This document shows, one piece after another, positions 1 through 9,843 of a DNA stretch of 64,000 nucleotides. A program made the position numbers and the translations under genes. Source of the stretch: Candidatus Hodarchaeota archaeon. GTDB lineage: Archaea > Asgardarchaeota > Heimdallarchaeia > Hodarchaeales > Hodarchaeaceae. Each line of letters starts with the position of its first letter. Positions within the stretch are counted from its first letter, which is position 1. The notes under the pieces are model-generated. The model had not been told where the DNA came from and did not search any database. It saw nothing but the letters and a program-made list of their open reading frames with translations. Location: the NCBI GenBank assembly GCA_016839815.1, contig JAEOTM010000047.1:32001-96000 (forward strand), written 5' to 3'.

Positions 1-372
1 ATCATCAATAATGATAACACGGTCATCCTTATCTATTCCACTCAGGTAAAGGGTGCCCTCTTTCACATACTCGCATGAAAAGATTTCAGAAACTTGATTA
101 GCTAATTGATTAGGTACCCAGCGAACCATTCCAAAAGATAAACCGGTTTTTAAAGATACAGCGGCTAGAAGAATCCCTCCTTTGTCTTCTTCGGTTAAAA
201 GTTTATCACAATCAGGTGTTATTTCAGCGGTAATCCATTCCGCAGCTAGTTCCAATAGATTGGAGGATGTGGCGGGAACTTGTTCAGTCAGAGAGTTGAG
301 AATGAACTTATATCCCTCAACTTCATAGAGTGGTTGATCGTGGAAATTTTCGCAAACAAGAGCAAATCTCAT
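1..372 (-). CDS. Type I purine phosphoribosyltransferase (Hpt/Apt-like), truncated by the window edge
   Basis: Not in the ORF track. Manual translation from ATG at 372 gives MRFALVCENFHDQPLYEVEGYKFILNSLTEQVP...TEEDKGGILLAAVS...GTLYLSGIDKDDRVIIIDD, open to base 1. VIIIDD is the start of the PRPP-binding motif. Confidence 0.8.
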   Translation of the reverse strand, partial: MRFALVCENFHDQPLYEVEGYKFILNSLTEQVPATSSNLLELAAEWITAEITPDCDKLLTEEDKGGILLAAVSLKTGLSFGMVRWVPNQLANQVSEIFSCEYVKEGTLYLSGIDKDDRVIIIDD

Positions 373-413
373 AATTAATCAATTCTCTTGGGTGGATAGA
401 ATATAATAAGTTA

Positions 414-791
414 ATGCCTTTATCAATTCTATTCTTGATAGGTGATAATATGTCGAAGATAAAAGAATTTAATGAATTCAGATCAAAAATGAATGAAGTC
501 ATTTTGAGTAAAAAACATCAAGGAATTAATCGATTCTTTGCTCTTGATACAAGAGCATATGAGGAAGGAGCGCTTGAACCGAAAATTAAGGAACTTCTGG
601 GATTAGTAGCTAGTATGGTACTACGATGTAACGATTGTATAACTTACCATATCCTAGAGTGCCATAAACATGGAGTAACTGAACAAGAATTCCTAGAAGC
701 ATTCAATGTGGCACTGATCGTAGGTGGTTCCATTGTTATTCCTCATCTACGAGTAGCTATGGAAATAGTTGAAGAATGTATACATAAATAA
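414..791 (+). CDS. Carboxymuconolactone decarboxylase/AhpD-like protein
   Basis: KELLGLVASMVLRCNDCITYH (CxxC..H AhpD motif). Likely start is ATG 450 after a GGTGA SD. Confidence 0.9.
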   Translation: MPLSILFLIGDNMSKIKEFNEFRSKMNEVILSKKHQGINRFFALDTRAYEEGALEPKIKELLGLVASMVLRCNDCITYHILECHKHGVTEQEFLEAFNVALIVGGSIVIPHLRVAMEIVEECIHK

Positions 792-816
792 CAGGTCTTC
801 ATGAATAGAAGATTCT

Positions 817-1425
817 TCACCCAAAATAATCAGGTTCATTCCCTTCTTTCCATTTAATATTACACCCGATACTAGGAATTTGATCTTTAGGTGACTCTTT
901 TCCTGCTAGTAATAAATCTAGAGCGTTTCTTAGGTCATTACCAGTCACTGGATTTTCATTTTTTGGACGACTAGCATCCAATTGTCCACGATAGTACAAC
1001 TTCAGATCTTCATCAAATAAGAAGAAATCTGGAGTACAGGCGGCTTTGTAACTCTTCGCTACTTCCTGTGATTCGTCCCAGCAATATGGAAATTCCCATC
1101 CTTTCTCTTCTGCGAGCTCCTTCATATGCTCTGGAGCGTCAATTGGATAAGAATCTACATCGTTAGCTCCAATTGCGATAAAAGACACACCACGAAAATT
1201 ATAATCATCATAAATAGATTTAAAGTGATCACGTACATGAATAACATAAGGACAATGATTACTAATAAAAAAAACTAATGTAGCTTTGGTACCACGTACT
1301 TTATACAAGGAAATTTCTTTATTATTAACACTATTTGGTAATGTAAATTCAGGAGCCTTAGTTCCTAAGGGTAACATTTGGGATTCAACAGAAACCATTT
1401 TTTTCAACCGTTTAAGTACTCTCAC
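817..1425 (-). CDS. Thioredoxin-fold AhpC/TSA-family (peroxiredoxin-like) protein
   Basis: LGTKAPEFTLP, NHCPYV, YKAACTPDFFLFD, GQLD, SIGCNIKW. Likely start is MVSVES at 1398. Confidence 0.9.
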   Translation of the reverse strand: MRVLKRLKKMVSVESQMLPLGTKAPEFTLPNSVNNKEISLYKVRGTKATLVFFISNHCPYVIHVRDHFKSIYDDYNFRGVSFIAIGANDVDSYPIDAPEHMKELAEEKGWEFPYCWDESQEVAKSYKAACTPDFFLFDEDLKLYYRGQLDASRPKNENPVTGNDLRNALDLLLAGKESPKDQIPSIGCNIKWKEGNEPDYFG

Positions 1426-1531
1426 GTCTGTAAATTAAGTATATGTGTTTGAAAATGGGAATATTCACTTTCTATTTTTCCCGCAAAATATCTTAATATG
1501 CACACCAAACTCCGCAAGGGATGAATAAACT

Positions 1532-2071
1532 ATGGAACACGGCTGCAAATGCACTCAACAGATAGTCGCGCTGGATGTGGAGAGTGTCCTTGCTGATATT
1601 CACACAGCATGGATTGATCATTATAATAAAAAATTCACAATAAAAGATATTACAGATTGGGATTTTTTAAGTTTACAAAAATGGGATGAAACCTTAACCT
1701 CGTTCTTGGAAGAGACAGATGATCTATGGGTTAATCATCCAAAGAAAATACCTCCCACCATCCCAAATCTGAGAGAAGCGACTAAACACATCCGACCATT
1801 TGATATCGTTACTTCTAGACGTACTCTCGGAGGCATAATCGAGTGGGTTGAACATCACAAGTTAGATTACCGTGCAATAGTCTATGTCCCTGATGATAAA
1901 GCAGATCTTGACTATTGCATGTACATTGATGACAATCCTAATCTTGCCAAGAAACTAAAAGATAATCAATTCTTATGGCTGATTTCGCAACCTTATAATC
2001 AGGAAATTCAGGAAACATCGCAAGTACGAAGAATTACTTCAATTCTTGAAGCAGTTAATCAAAAAGGATAA
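1532..2071 (+). CDS. HAD-superfamily 5'(3')-deoxyribonucleotidase (NT5C-like)
   Basis: ALDVESVLAD (motif I, DxE variant), IVTSR, K..YIDDNP, PYNQ. Confidence 0.75.
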   Translation: MEHGCKCTQQIVALDVESVLADIHTAWIDHYNKKFTIKDITDWDFLSLQKWDETLTSFLEETDDLWVNHPKKIPPTIPNLREATKHIRPFDIVTSRRTLGGIIEWVEHHKLDYRAIVYVPDDKADLDYCMYIDDNPNLAKKLKDNQFLWLISQPYNQEIQETSQVRRITSILEAVNQKG

Positions 2072-2084
2072 TTTCTTGTAAATT

Positions 2085-2945
2085 TCAACCTACAGAAAAT
2101 TTCACCTTATAGTAAATACGTGTTCTTGTACCCACCTTATTAGATATAAAAGTATAATCATATTGCTGATTATTCAACTCTTCTTCTAAGACAGACTTCA
2201 ATCTTGGTAGAGTCAATTGGAAAAAGACTGGAGGGGGATCCAAAAAGTCTCTCACTTCAGATAACAGAGAAAGAATAAATTCATGGCCAATTGGCCCTCC
2301 CACTAGTTCATAGTAATTGCCTACAAACCCTCTGGTAGAGGATTTGTGCTGTTGGTAAAAGGTTTCATCATATTGAGGGGGATTGCATAAGATTAAATCG
2401 AAGGTAGAAAGATCATCAATCAAACCCTGAATGATTTTGTTTTCAGCTTGTACTAAAGTAATACGATTTGAAAGTCCATTTCTTTGAATATTCGAATTCG
2501 CATATTGAAGAGCAATCTCATCGACTTCAGTTGCAGTAACAGTAATTCCCAAACGTCCTAGCATTAAAGAAAGAATTCCCGATGCCCCAGTACCGATTTC
2601 TAAAACATTAGATGGATTTTGTCGTAGGATATACTTCACAAAAGTCCAACGACTACATATAGTAGGAATTAAGTAACCTTCGGGCAAATCAAATTCCAAA
2701 GCCATGAATTCTCTAAGGATTACCTTGTTATAAAGGATTAAAGCCTTGGTATTACCTAATTCGAGTTTATTATTTGTTACATATTGAGATAGTTTAGGTT
2801 CAAGCTTCAATGCCTGTTTAATAGGGACACCACACTTTTTAGCTGGAAAGGAGAGGAAATTCATATGTATTCTACACAATGAAGTATGTGAATATCTTAC
2901 CAAAAAAGAATTGGGTGAAAGAAAGAATGAGTGGGTACAAATCAA
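2085..2945 (-). CDS. RlmF/METTL16-like RNA m6A methyltransferase
   Basis: LPEGYLIPTICSR, LEIGTGASGI, LCNPPQY, GG..G.EFI. The true start may be downstream, around 2864. Confidence 0.75.
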   Translation of the reverse strand: MICTHSFFLSPNSFLVRYSHTSLCRIHMNFLSFPAKKCGVPIKQALKLEPKLSQYVTNNKLELGNTKALILYNKVILREFMALEFDLPEGYLIPTICSRWTFVKYILRQNPSNVLEIGTGASGILSLMLGRLGITVTATEVDEIALQYANSNIQRNGLSNRITLVQAENKIIQGLIDDLSTFDLILCNPPQYDETFYQQHKSSTRGFVGNYYELVGGPIGHEFILSLLSEVRDFLDPPPVFFQLTLPRLKSVLEEELNNQQYDYTFISNKVGTRTRIYYKVKFSVG

Positions 2946-2978
2946 ATCAGGCTAAAAAAGCGGTAGAAGGATTTATTC

Positions 2979-4211
2979 ATGACAAATAGTAAAATTCCTA
3001 ATTGGAAGATCCATACATTGGCATTACATGGTGGGGAAGAAGAAAAATTTGCAGATTCGCATTTAATGCCTATATTTACTTCATCTACCTTTACATTTCC
3101 GAATGTGGATGTTGGAATAGCACGATTCTCCGGTGAAGAGCCAGGTTACATCTATACTCGCTTAGGGAACCCTACAATCCGAGAATCAGAGAGAAAACTT
3201 GCGTTATTGGAGGGACGAGAATTGATGAAAGAGGGAAGAAGAGTAGAAGGACATGCATTTGCGACAGGTATGGGAAGTATTTCTTCAGCATTAATGGCCC
3301 TAACGAAATCTGATGAAAATATTATCGCGACCAATCCATTATATGGAGGTACTAACTATCTCCTTGATGGAATCCTAAAACCTTATGGTGTATCAACAAC
3401 TTTCGTCGATACGTCTGGAGAAAGAGGGCCTGAAAGAATTAATGAACAAATTAAGAATTATACTAAAGCAATTTATTTGGAAAGTCCCACAAATCCTAAT
3501 CTAGTAATTTGTGATATTCTGGAGATCTCAAAAGTTGCTAGAGATAGTGAAATACCTGTAGTAATAGATAATACGTTCGCTACCCCAGTTCTTCAGCGTC
3601 CATTGGAGTTAGGAGCAAGTATTTCTCTTCATTCCACTACAAAATATTTGAATGGTCATGGTACCACAGTATCTGGAATTTTAGCCGCGAGTTTATCTGA
3701 TGAACACGAAAATAGGCTTGAATTCGTAAAAAAGAACTTAGGAGCGACACAATCTCCATTTGATAGTTTTCTTGTCTTGCAGGGAATGAAAACCCTTCCT
3801 TTACGAATGGAAAGACATTGTGCAAATGCACAGATAATTGCAGAATATTTGGAAGAGCATCCTAAAGTTGATACAGTCTATTATCCTGGCTTAAGTTCAC
3901 ATCCACAGCACTCATTAGCGAAAAAACAAATGATAGGAGGATATGGAGGAATGGTTGCATGTGAGCTTAAGGGAGGTATCGAAGCAGGAAAGATATTACA
4001 GAATTCAGTTGAGGTATTTACATTAGCAGTGTCGCTAGGATGTGTAGATTCATTGATACAACATCCAGCAAGTATGACTCATGTTTCTGTCCCACGAGAG
4101 ATCCGTTTACAAGGAGGTATTACTGATGGATTGGTTCGAATTTCAGTTGGGCTTGAAGATACTGATGATTTAATTGAAGATCTATCACAAGCACTGGCAA
4201 AGATCTCATGA
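2979..4211 (+). CDS. PLP-dependent methionine gamma-lyase / Cys-Met metabolism family
   Basis: YIYTRLGNPT, FATGMG, ESPTNP, DNTFATP, HSTTKYLNGHG, AVSLGCVDSLIQHPASMTH, LVRISVGLED. Confidence 0.9.
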   Translation: MTNSKIPNWKIHTLALHGGEEEKFADSHLMPIFTSSTFTFPNVDVGIARFSGEEPGYIYTRLGNPTIRESERKLALLEGRELMKEGRRVEGHAFATGMGSISSALMALTKSDENIIATNPLYGGTNYLLDGILKPYGVSTTFVDTSGERGPERINEQIKNYTKAIYLESPTNPNLVICDILEISKVARDSEIPVVIDNTFATPVLQRPLELGASISLHSTTKYLNGHGTTVSGILAASLSDEHENRLEFVKKNLGATQSPFDSFLVLQGMKTLPLRMERHCANAQIIAEYLEEHPKVDTVYYPGLSSHPQHSLAKKQMIGGYGGMVACELKGGIEAGKILQNSVEVFTLAVSLGCVDSLIQHPASMTHVSVPREIRLQGGITDGLVRISVGLEDTDDLIEDLSQALAKIS

Positions 4212-4213
4212 TA

Positions 4214-5092
4214 TTATGATATCTTTTTTCTAATAAATTCCTCTATAAGATCTGCAATCATGATTGCTCCTTCTGTATTTAGATGGAGATAATCTAGATG
4301 AAGCTTAAATCCAGCTTTTTTTGATATTATATCCCAACTTCGAAATAATCCATAGTGTTGAATAGCCGCCCACAATGTTAACCTCATCCCATCTTCATAA
4401 TCAAAACGTGGGTGGGCAGAGTTCTTTACTAGATAATCAATCATCTGCTTTTCAAGTGGAAGACAGTCACATCCATGTTTTATCGCCGTTTCTCGTATGA
4501 TTTCGCTGTATTCGTTCGTACAATGAAAAATTTTGCTATTAGGAGACTCACCAATTGTAGGAAGAGTTATAAGCGCAATTTGGGCACTAGTTTTGTTTTT
4601 GAGTAAACTAACAATGTCGTTTAATGAAGTTTTATACCATTCAAGATCAGGTTTTTCTGGTAAACCCATCCTCCTGATATAATCAGCCATATTTTGCCTA
4701 GAAAGAGTAGCATTTACATCATTTGTACCAATTAGTATAGTAATAAAATCAGGTTTACACTCAATTATACCTGGTAATCGTTCCAGTACATTCCATGCAA
4801 GATTAGAATTAACACCTGCATTAACAAACTCGTAATCTGGTCCAAATCTCTCCCGTAACATTCTGACATAGTTTGAACTTATCCTTCCATGAGTAAGACT
4901 ATCGCCTACACATACTACCACAGATTTTTGTTCAAGATTCAAACGTTTTCTGCGAATAAATCGTTCAGGAGTAATGTTAGGTAATTTCATCACTTGGTAG
5001 TTTATGTAATACGCGATAAGAAGTACTAGTGTAAGTAAAACGATAAATATTAGTGAAATTCCTAAAAAGGTTTCTAAAAACTCATTTGGCAT
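4214..5092 (-). CDS. Membrane-anchored SGNH/GDSL hydrolase
   Basis: N-terminal TM, GDSLT, AGVNSN, GTND, DYLH catalytic blocks. Confidence 0.9.
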   Translation of the reverse strand: MPNEFLETFLGISLIFIVLLTLVLLIAYYINYQVMKLPNITPERFIRRKRLNLEQKSVVVCVGDSLTHGRISSNYVRMLRERFGPDYEFVNAGVNSNLAWNVLERLPGIIECKPDFITILIGTNDVNATLSRQNMADYIRRMGLPEKPDLEWYKTSLNDIVSLLKNKTSAQIALITLPTIGESPNSKIFHCTNEYSEIIRETAIKHGCDCLPLEKQMIDYLVKNSAHPRFDYEDGMRLTLWAAIQHYGLFRSWDIISKKAGFKLHLDYLHLNTEGAIMIADLIEEFIRKKIS

Positions 5093-5209
5093 TATCTGAA
5101 GATAAAAACCAAATTTCTATTGAAGGTTTCTGGGGTAGAAGGAAAAAAATATTTTGGAAAAAGATAATATGTATAGTAACACTATGAAAAAAAGAGAAGG
5201 ATGTCGCGT

Positions 5210-6946
5210 TTAGCGACGTTTTCGGAGTGCGATCAGAGTAGCCAAAACAAACGGGAGAAAAATAAGTTCAAATCCAGGACTGATGGTTGGTGTAGTTTCC
5301 CTGTCATCAGTTGAGGTATTGTCTTCAACTGGTATTGTTGCTGAAATAGTAGAAGTAGTAGTATTCTCAGGTGGTAATCCATCATCTGTGGATTCCCACC
5401 AGCAGTCGTCATCCCAGATTTGACCTGTTTCGTCAGTGACGGTCAGTATAACAGTATATGATCCTTTTTCGTCAAATACAAATTCTACTTGGTCAGACCA
5501 ATTTCCGAAAGCAGGGAACAAAAACGAGGTATTATAGAAAATAACTTCACCACTCGGTTTTTTCATTTTGGCTTCAATATAAACGTATTTATCGACAGAA
5601 AAATGTGAAAATACTACAAATTCCATTGTACCACCTTCACCCACCTTGACATAATAGTCTTGATGAATGTGTACCTCAAAAGCTTTATCGTCGTCCAAGA
5701 CATCATAGTAACATGAAGCGTAATAGTATTCATTGTTGATATTATCTCTGACAACTAATTCTACACCATAATAGCCTGGTATATAGAATACGTATGAAAC
5801 CTGTTGAGACCAGGTTGACATGGAATGTAGGGTCACATTCGCATCAGAAAAGGTAATATTACTATATTCGTTACCACCTATAGGCCCATTAAATGTCAAT
5901 TCCACCGCGATCGATGTATCATTCTGCAAGAACGACCGGATTACTATGGTTAAATATTCAGGTTTCCCTACTTGAGCTACATAATCTTGTTCAAGGAATA
6001 CGACTATGTCACCATCAGTTACTTCCCACCAACAGTCGTCTTTCCAGGGATTATCCATATCATCAATGACAGTAAAGAATACATCGTAATATCCTACCTC
6101 CAAGAAGGTATGGGTCACTTCTGTGTGCCAGAATTCTCCTGAAAAAAGAAGGACCGAGAGGTTTTGGTAAAGAGTAATCTCTGTACCTGAAGGAAGTATC
6201 ATTGTTATAAACACTTGAACCGTCATGTTATGTTGAAAAGCGGAATAAATTTCGAAACCCATCCAACCAGAATCACCAATACGTGCATAGTTTTCCTGAT
6301 AGATCTTTATACTAAGGAATTCAGGAATATAGGGTTCTCCAGATTCAATCTTGATATCATCTATTAGCCAGCCTCGCATATCATTTGCGACTTCATCTCC
6401 TGTATCAAAATGAAATCGTACCTTAACAGAATTGTTTTTAAAAGGAGTTAGATCGAAGGCATATCTATACCATGAAGTGTGCATCGAAACATTCCCAATA
6501 TTTGTCCAGGTTAAGCCATCATCTGTTGAGATAAAGACCATCTTGTGATCGTAGTAGTCTCCAAGCTCAGTATCAGCATAACTCATGAGACTGAGGACAA
6601 TATTTCCACTTAGCCCAGTCAAATCCAAGTTTTCAGATATAAGATCTCCTGAATTATTAGTCTCTGTTCCAAACCCATCAAATGTCTCATAAGTCCCTGT
6701 TCGATTGTCTCCATACCAAGCGTAATATTTTCCGCTAGGAACATTACCTATTGGATGATTGGAGAGATCATCATTTTCTATATGCCATAAACCGGTTGCT
6801 TTCCACGGTAATAATGATCCTGATTCGAAATCCTCATATAGATCATCTCCCAGTACAGCAACTCCAGCAGGCATCATATTTAACATTCCTAGTGCAAATA
6901 TGACTAGGAATAAGCCATTTATTAATCGTGATCTCACAAATTTCAC
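5210..6946 (-). CDS. Secreted cell-surface protein with an N-terminal jelly-roll-like domain, three ~105-aa beta-sandwich repeats and a PGF-CTERM-like anchor
   Basis: Signal peptide; EDFESG..W and GWLIDDIKI motifs; three repeats; Thr-rich linker; SPGF + TM + RKRR. Confidence 0.8.
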   Translation of the reverse strand: MKFVRSRLINGLFLVIFALGMLNMMPAGVAVLGDDLYEDFESGSLLPWKATGLWHIENDDLSNHPIGNVPSGKYYAWYGDNRTGTYETFDGFGTETNNSGDLISENLDLTGLSGNIVLSLMSYADTELGDYYDHKMVFISTDDGLTWTNIGNVSMHTSWYRYAFDLTPFKNNSVKVRFHFDTGDEVANDMRGWLIDDIKIESGEPYIPEFLSIKIYQENYARIGDSGWMGFEIYSAFQHNMTVQVFITMILPSGTEITLYQNLSVLLFSGEFWHTEVTHTFLEVGYYDVFFTVIDDMDNPWKDDCWWEVTDGDIVVFLEQDYVAQVGKPEYLTIVIRSFLQNDTSIAVELTFNGPIGGNEYSNITFSDANVTLHSMSTWSQQVSYVFYIPGYYGVELVVRDNINNEYYYASCYYDVLDDDKAFEVHIHQDYYVKVGEGGTMEFVVFSHFSVDKYVYIEAKMKKPSGEVIFYNTSFLFPAFGNWSDQVEFVFDEKGSYTVILTVTDETGQIWDDDCWWESTDDGLPPENTTTSTISATIPVEDNTSTDDRETTPTISPGFELIFLPFVLATLIALRKRR

Positions 6947-7171
6947 CTTTGCAAAGAAGTTACTCGAGAAGAGTAACTCGACCTATATTGATAATGGAAT
7001 GACTTTTTTTTAAACCCCTTTGGAATGAACTTCCGCAGAAAAGTGTTTGAACCGAAATCACTAAATCTAATCTCGGAGCTAATTGGTTCTCACAATTTTT
7101 TCATGGAGAGAATTCTTTATAGGGAAACAACTGAAAAACTAAAAAACTGATATTCAAGGACTGATAAAATT

Positions 7172-8863
7172 ATGAGCTTCCGAGAAATGGTACAATCAGG
7201 AAAATCTAGTCATCTTTTCATAGCTATTCTACCCTCTTCTTATTTCTGGATAGCAGGAACTTTCTTCTTCCTGATTAATGGCTTAAAATTAATTGAGTAT
7301 GCTAAAGACCAGAATTTACTAACTGGATTTCTAGGCACAACAGCTTTAGGAGATTTATTAATTGGAATCTTTTACGCAATTCCTCCTCTATTAGCAATAG
7401 GTCTTGTTGGTCAATTAATTGATAATCGGCCATATTTACTCGGTACAATTACACTGATCAGTTTACTCATCTCAGCTAGTGCCCTTTTTCTTTTCGTGAT
7501 TGCGTTGAAACTTCTTATCGCACCGGTGACTTTGATACTTGTCACGGTGTTTTTAACTGGATTAGCCTGTCTTGCTACAGCAAGTCATACAATTTATGGA
7601 GCGGTCACAAAATGGAGTCATAGGGGACGGGGATTTGCTGTTGGAAATTTAATATTTGGGTTGACAATTGTGATTTTACTGCTAATTTCAGGAATGTTTA
7701 ACTTGGATTTTTTCTTTTCACTATTAATAATTTCTTTACTTGGGTTTTTACTGAGTGCATTATTCTATTATACGACTCGAGACTGGATATATTGGCGAAA
7801 TGACGATTGGCCAACTAAAACTTCACAAATCCTTGTACGGCAATCAGTAAAAGCATATTTTTTCTCCCATATTCTTATTTATTTCATGTTAGGATTGACG
7901 ATCGGTAGTTTAGCTCAGGAAGGAGTAAATGAAAACTATTCTAGTTTCTTAGGGATTGAATTAGGTGCGTTTGAAACATTCTGGGCTATAGTAATCTTAG
8001 GTACTGTGATCTTCGTCATCCCTGCAGGATATCTATCCGACAAAATTGGTAGAAAAGATTTAACGATCATGGCAACCTATGGTATCGTTCTAGCCTCGCT
8101 GATAACGTCTTTGAATGGTTTACTGGACCCGAACTTTGATTCTATAGTTTATGTTCTAACAGCCTTTACAATTGGAGTATCGTTTGCGTTTCTTCATCCT
8201 ACACTGGACAGTAGCTTATGGATTGATTTATCATCCAAGGACTCTATTGGTCGATATTGTGACATTAATGTCTATTCTCTTGTAACAGGGTTGGCTGCTG
8301 GGTTTGGAATAAGCTATTTCTTTTTGACAACACTCATAGAATATAGAAATATTATGGTTTTAATGTATATAGGATTAGCTGTGCTAGCAGTACTTCCTTT
8401 ATTCTGGGTGAGTGATTCTTTTCCTCCCCTTGAGTTTTTCCTATTATTAGTTATAAATGATGCAGGAGTTCCTATCTTTCACTACTCTTTTGGTAGAAAA
8501 AAAGAACTACAAGTCGATCTCCCTTTAATAGCGGGAGCATTGTCAGCAGTTGGCTCATTCATGTTAGAGGCAACTGGAGAAGCAGGAGCTAAACTCAATC
8601 TTGTTAGGCATGGTACTCATTTTATTCTCTCAGACCAAAGTAGCGATATAGGACTGACAGCAACGATTTTTGCTAATAAAAATGATCCAGAACTGCAAAT
8701 AGTTCTCTCAAAATTCCTTCGTAGATTCAGGAAAAGATTTTCCAAGGAGCTACACGAATGGAAAGGAGATATTCAATTATTCGAGAGTGCATTAGAAGAT
8801 GCAGAAGAAATCTTCGGTCCATTAATCACCATAGCGACAGGTGAACAAATGATCACTGAATGA
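7172..8863 (+). CDS. MFS transporter fused to a C-terminal longin-like domain
   Basis: About 12 TM segments with MFS motif A (GQLIDN, GYLSDKIGRK). Soluble tail LLVINDAGVPIFHYSF..LIAGALSAVGSFMLEA... Confidence 0.8.
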   Translation: MSFREMVQSGKSSHLFIAILPSSYFWIAGTFFFLINGLKLIEYAKDQNLLTGFLGTTALGDLLIGIFYAIPPLLAIGLVGQLIDNRPYLLGTITLISLLISASALFLFVIALKLLIAPVTLILVTVFLTGLACLATASHTIYGAVTKWSHRGRGFAVGNLIFGLTIVILLLISGMFNLDFFFSLLIISLLGFLLSALFYYTTRDWIYWRNDDWPTKTSQILVRQSVKAYFFSHILIYFMLGLTIGSLAQEGVNENYSSFLGIELGAFETFWAIVILGTVIFVIPAGYLSDKIGRKDLTIMATYGIVLASLITSLNGLLDPNFDSIVYVLTAFTIGVSFAFLHPTLDSSLWIDLSSKDSIGRYCDINVYSLVTGLAAGFGISYFFLTTLIEYRNIMVLMYIGLAVLAVLPLFWVSDSFPPLEFFLLLVINDAGVPIFHYSFGRKKELQVDLPLIAGALSAVGSFMLEATGEAGAKLNLVRHGTHFILSDQSSDIGLTATIFANKNDPELQIVLSKFLRRFRKRFSKELHEWKGDIQLFESALEDAEEIFGPLITIATGEQMITE

Positions 8864-9119
8864 ATTGAGTTACTTTATATATCATATGATCTTCATAGTA
8901 TCTTTGTATAGTCTTGAACAGTATTTCAGATACCTTTTTAAATAGAGTTTCCTTTGAATAACCTACACCTACAATGGAGTTTTTCTCATGGCTGTTAGTT
9001 CGCGCACACCGTCAAAATTTGCTGAAGTTGCCTTTCCATCCCTTATTCCAGTAATTTTAAGCTTATATAAAGCGAAAACTGATATTCAGAACAAGAAGAG
9101 AGACCCTAAATAAGTACTT

Positions 9120-9779
9120 TTGAGGATTGAGATTAATTTTATTAACTCAATCCCATCACTTGTTCTTATGGCAGATGATATCATAATTAGAGCTTTTGAA
9201 TTCGCATATCAGGCTCATAGTAACACCAAGCGTAAAGGATCGACTAGCCCCTATATTACTCATCCTATGACTGTAGCTACCATACTAATGCGTCATAATC
9301 TTCCTGATGAAATTATCGCGGCATCATTACTTCATGATGTGGTTGAAGATGAAAACATCACCTTTGATGAGATACAAGGACAATTTGGAGAAGAAGTATG
9401 CTTTTATGTAAGGTCAGTAACGGAACCACCTTCTTTGGATAATTCACCAGCTGAAAGAAAAAGATCTTGGAAAACACGAAAACGAGATACAATTAACTCA
9501 TTAATTACTGCAAATAAGAATGTAAAAATGCTTTCATGTGCCGATAAAGTTGCAAACTTGTCTGACATGGAAAGAGATCTTGCCAATCAAGGAGATAAGC
9601 TATGGACTAGATTCAATGCTCCAAAATCAGAACAAAGATGGTATTATCACTCTCTTATGGAGTCCTATATTTCTGAACCGGACAGTCTCAAGGATTCTCC
9701 CCTGTATAAGGAATTTTGTACCCTTGTGGGGAGAATCTTCTTTAAAAATAGAAAGGGGAGAAAGGAAAAATATCATTGA
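9120..9779 (+). CDS. RelA/SpoT-type HD domain protein (Mesh1-like small alarmone hydrolase)
   Basis: AH..KRKG..PYITHP, LLHDVVED, VTE, ADKVANL. Likely start is ATG 9168. Confidence 0.85.
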   Translation: MRIEINFINSIPSLVLMADDIIIRAFEFAYQAHSNTKRKGSTSPYITHPMTVATILMRHNLPDEIIAASLLHDVVEDENITFDEIQGQFGEEVCFYVRSVTEPPSLDNSPAERKRSWKTRKRDTINSLITANKNVKMLSCADKVANLSDMERDLANQGDKLWTRFNAPKSEQRWYYHSLMESYISEPDSLKDSPLYKEFCTLVGRIFFKNRKGRKEKYH

Positions 9780-9843
9780 ACAGGTTGTATATAACCCATA
9801 TCTGAATGCATGGAAAAACACCATTAGACGGGTTTAATCGGGC

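Noticed and set aside
8988-9113. 41-codon ORF (MAVSSRTPSKF...) with a GGAG upstream
   Set aside because: Too short, with no recognisable motif; it cannot be supported.
9538-9837. Alternative-frame and antisense short ORFs in the track (e.g. 9538, 11513, 24601, 25903, 45647, 46374, 52803)
   Set aside because: They overlap well-supported genes and have no motifs, so they are treated as shadow ORFs.
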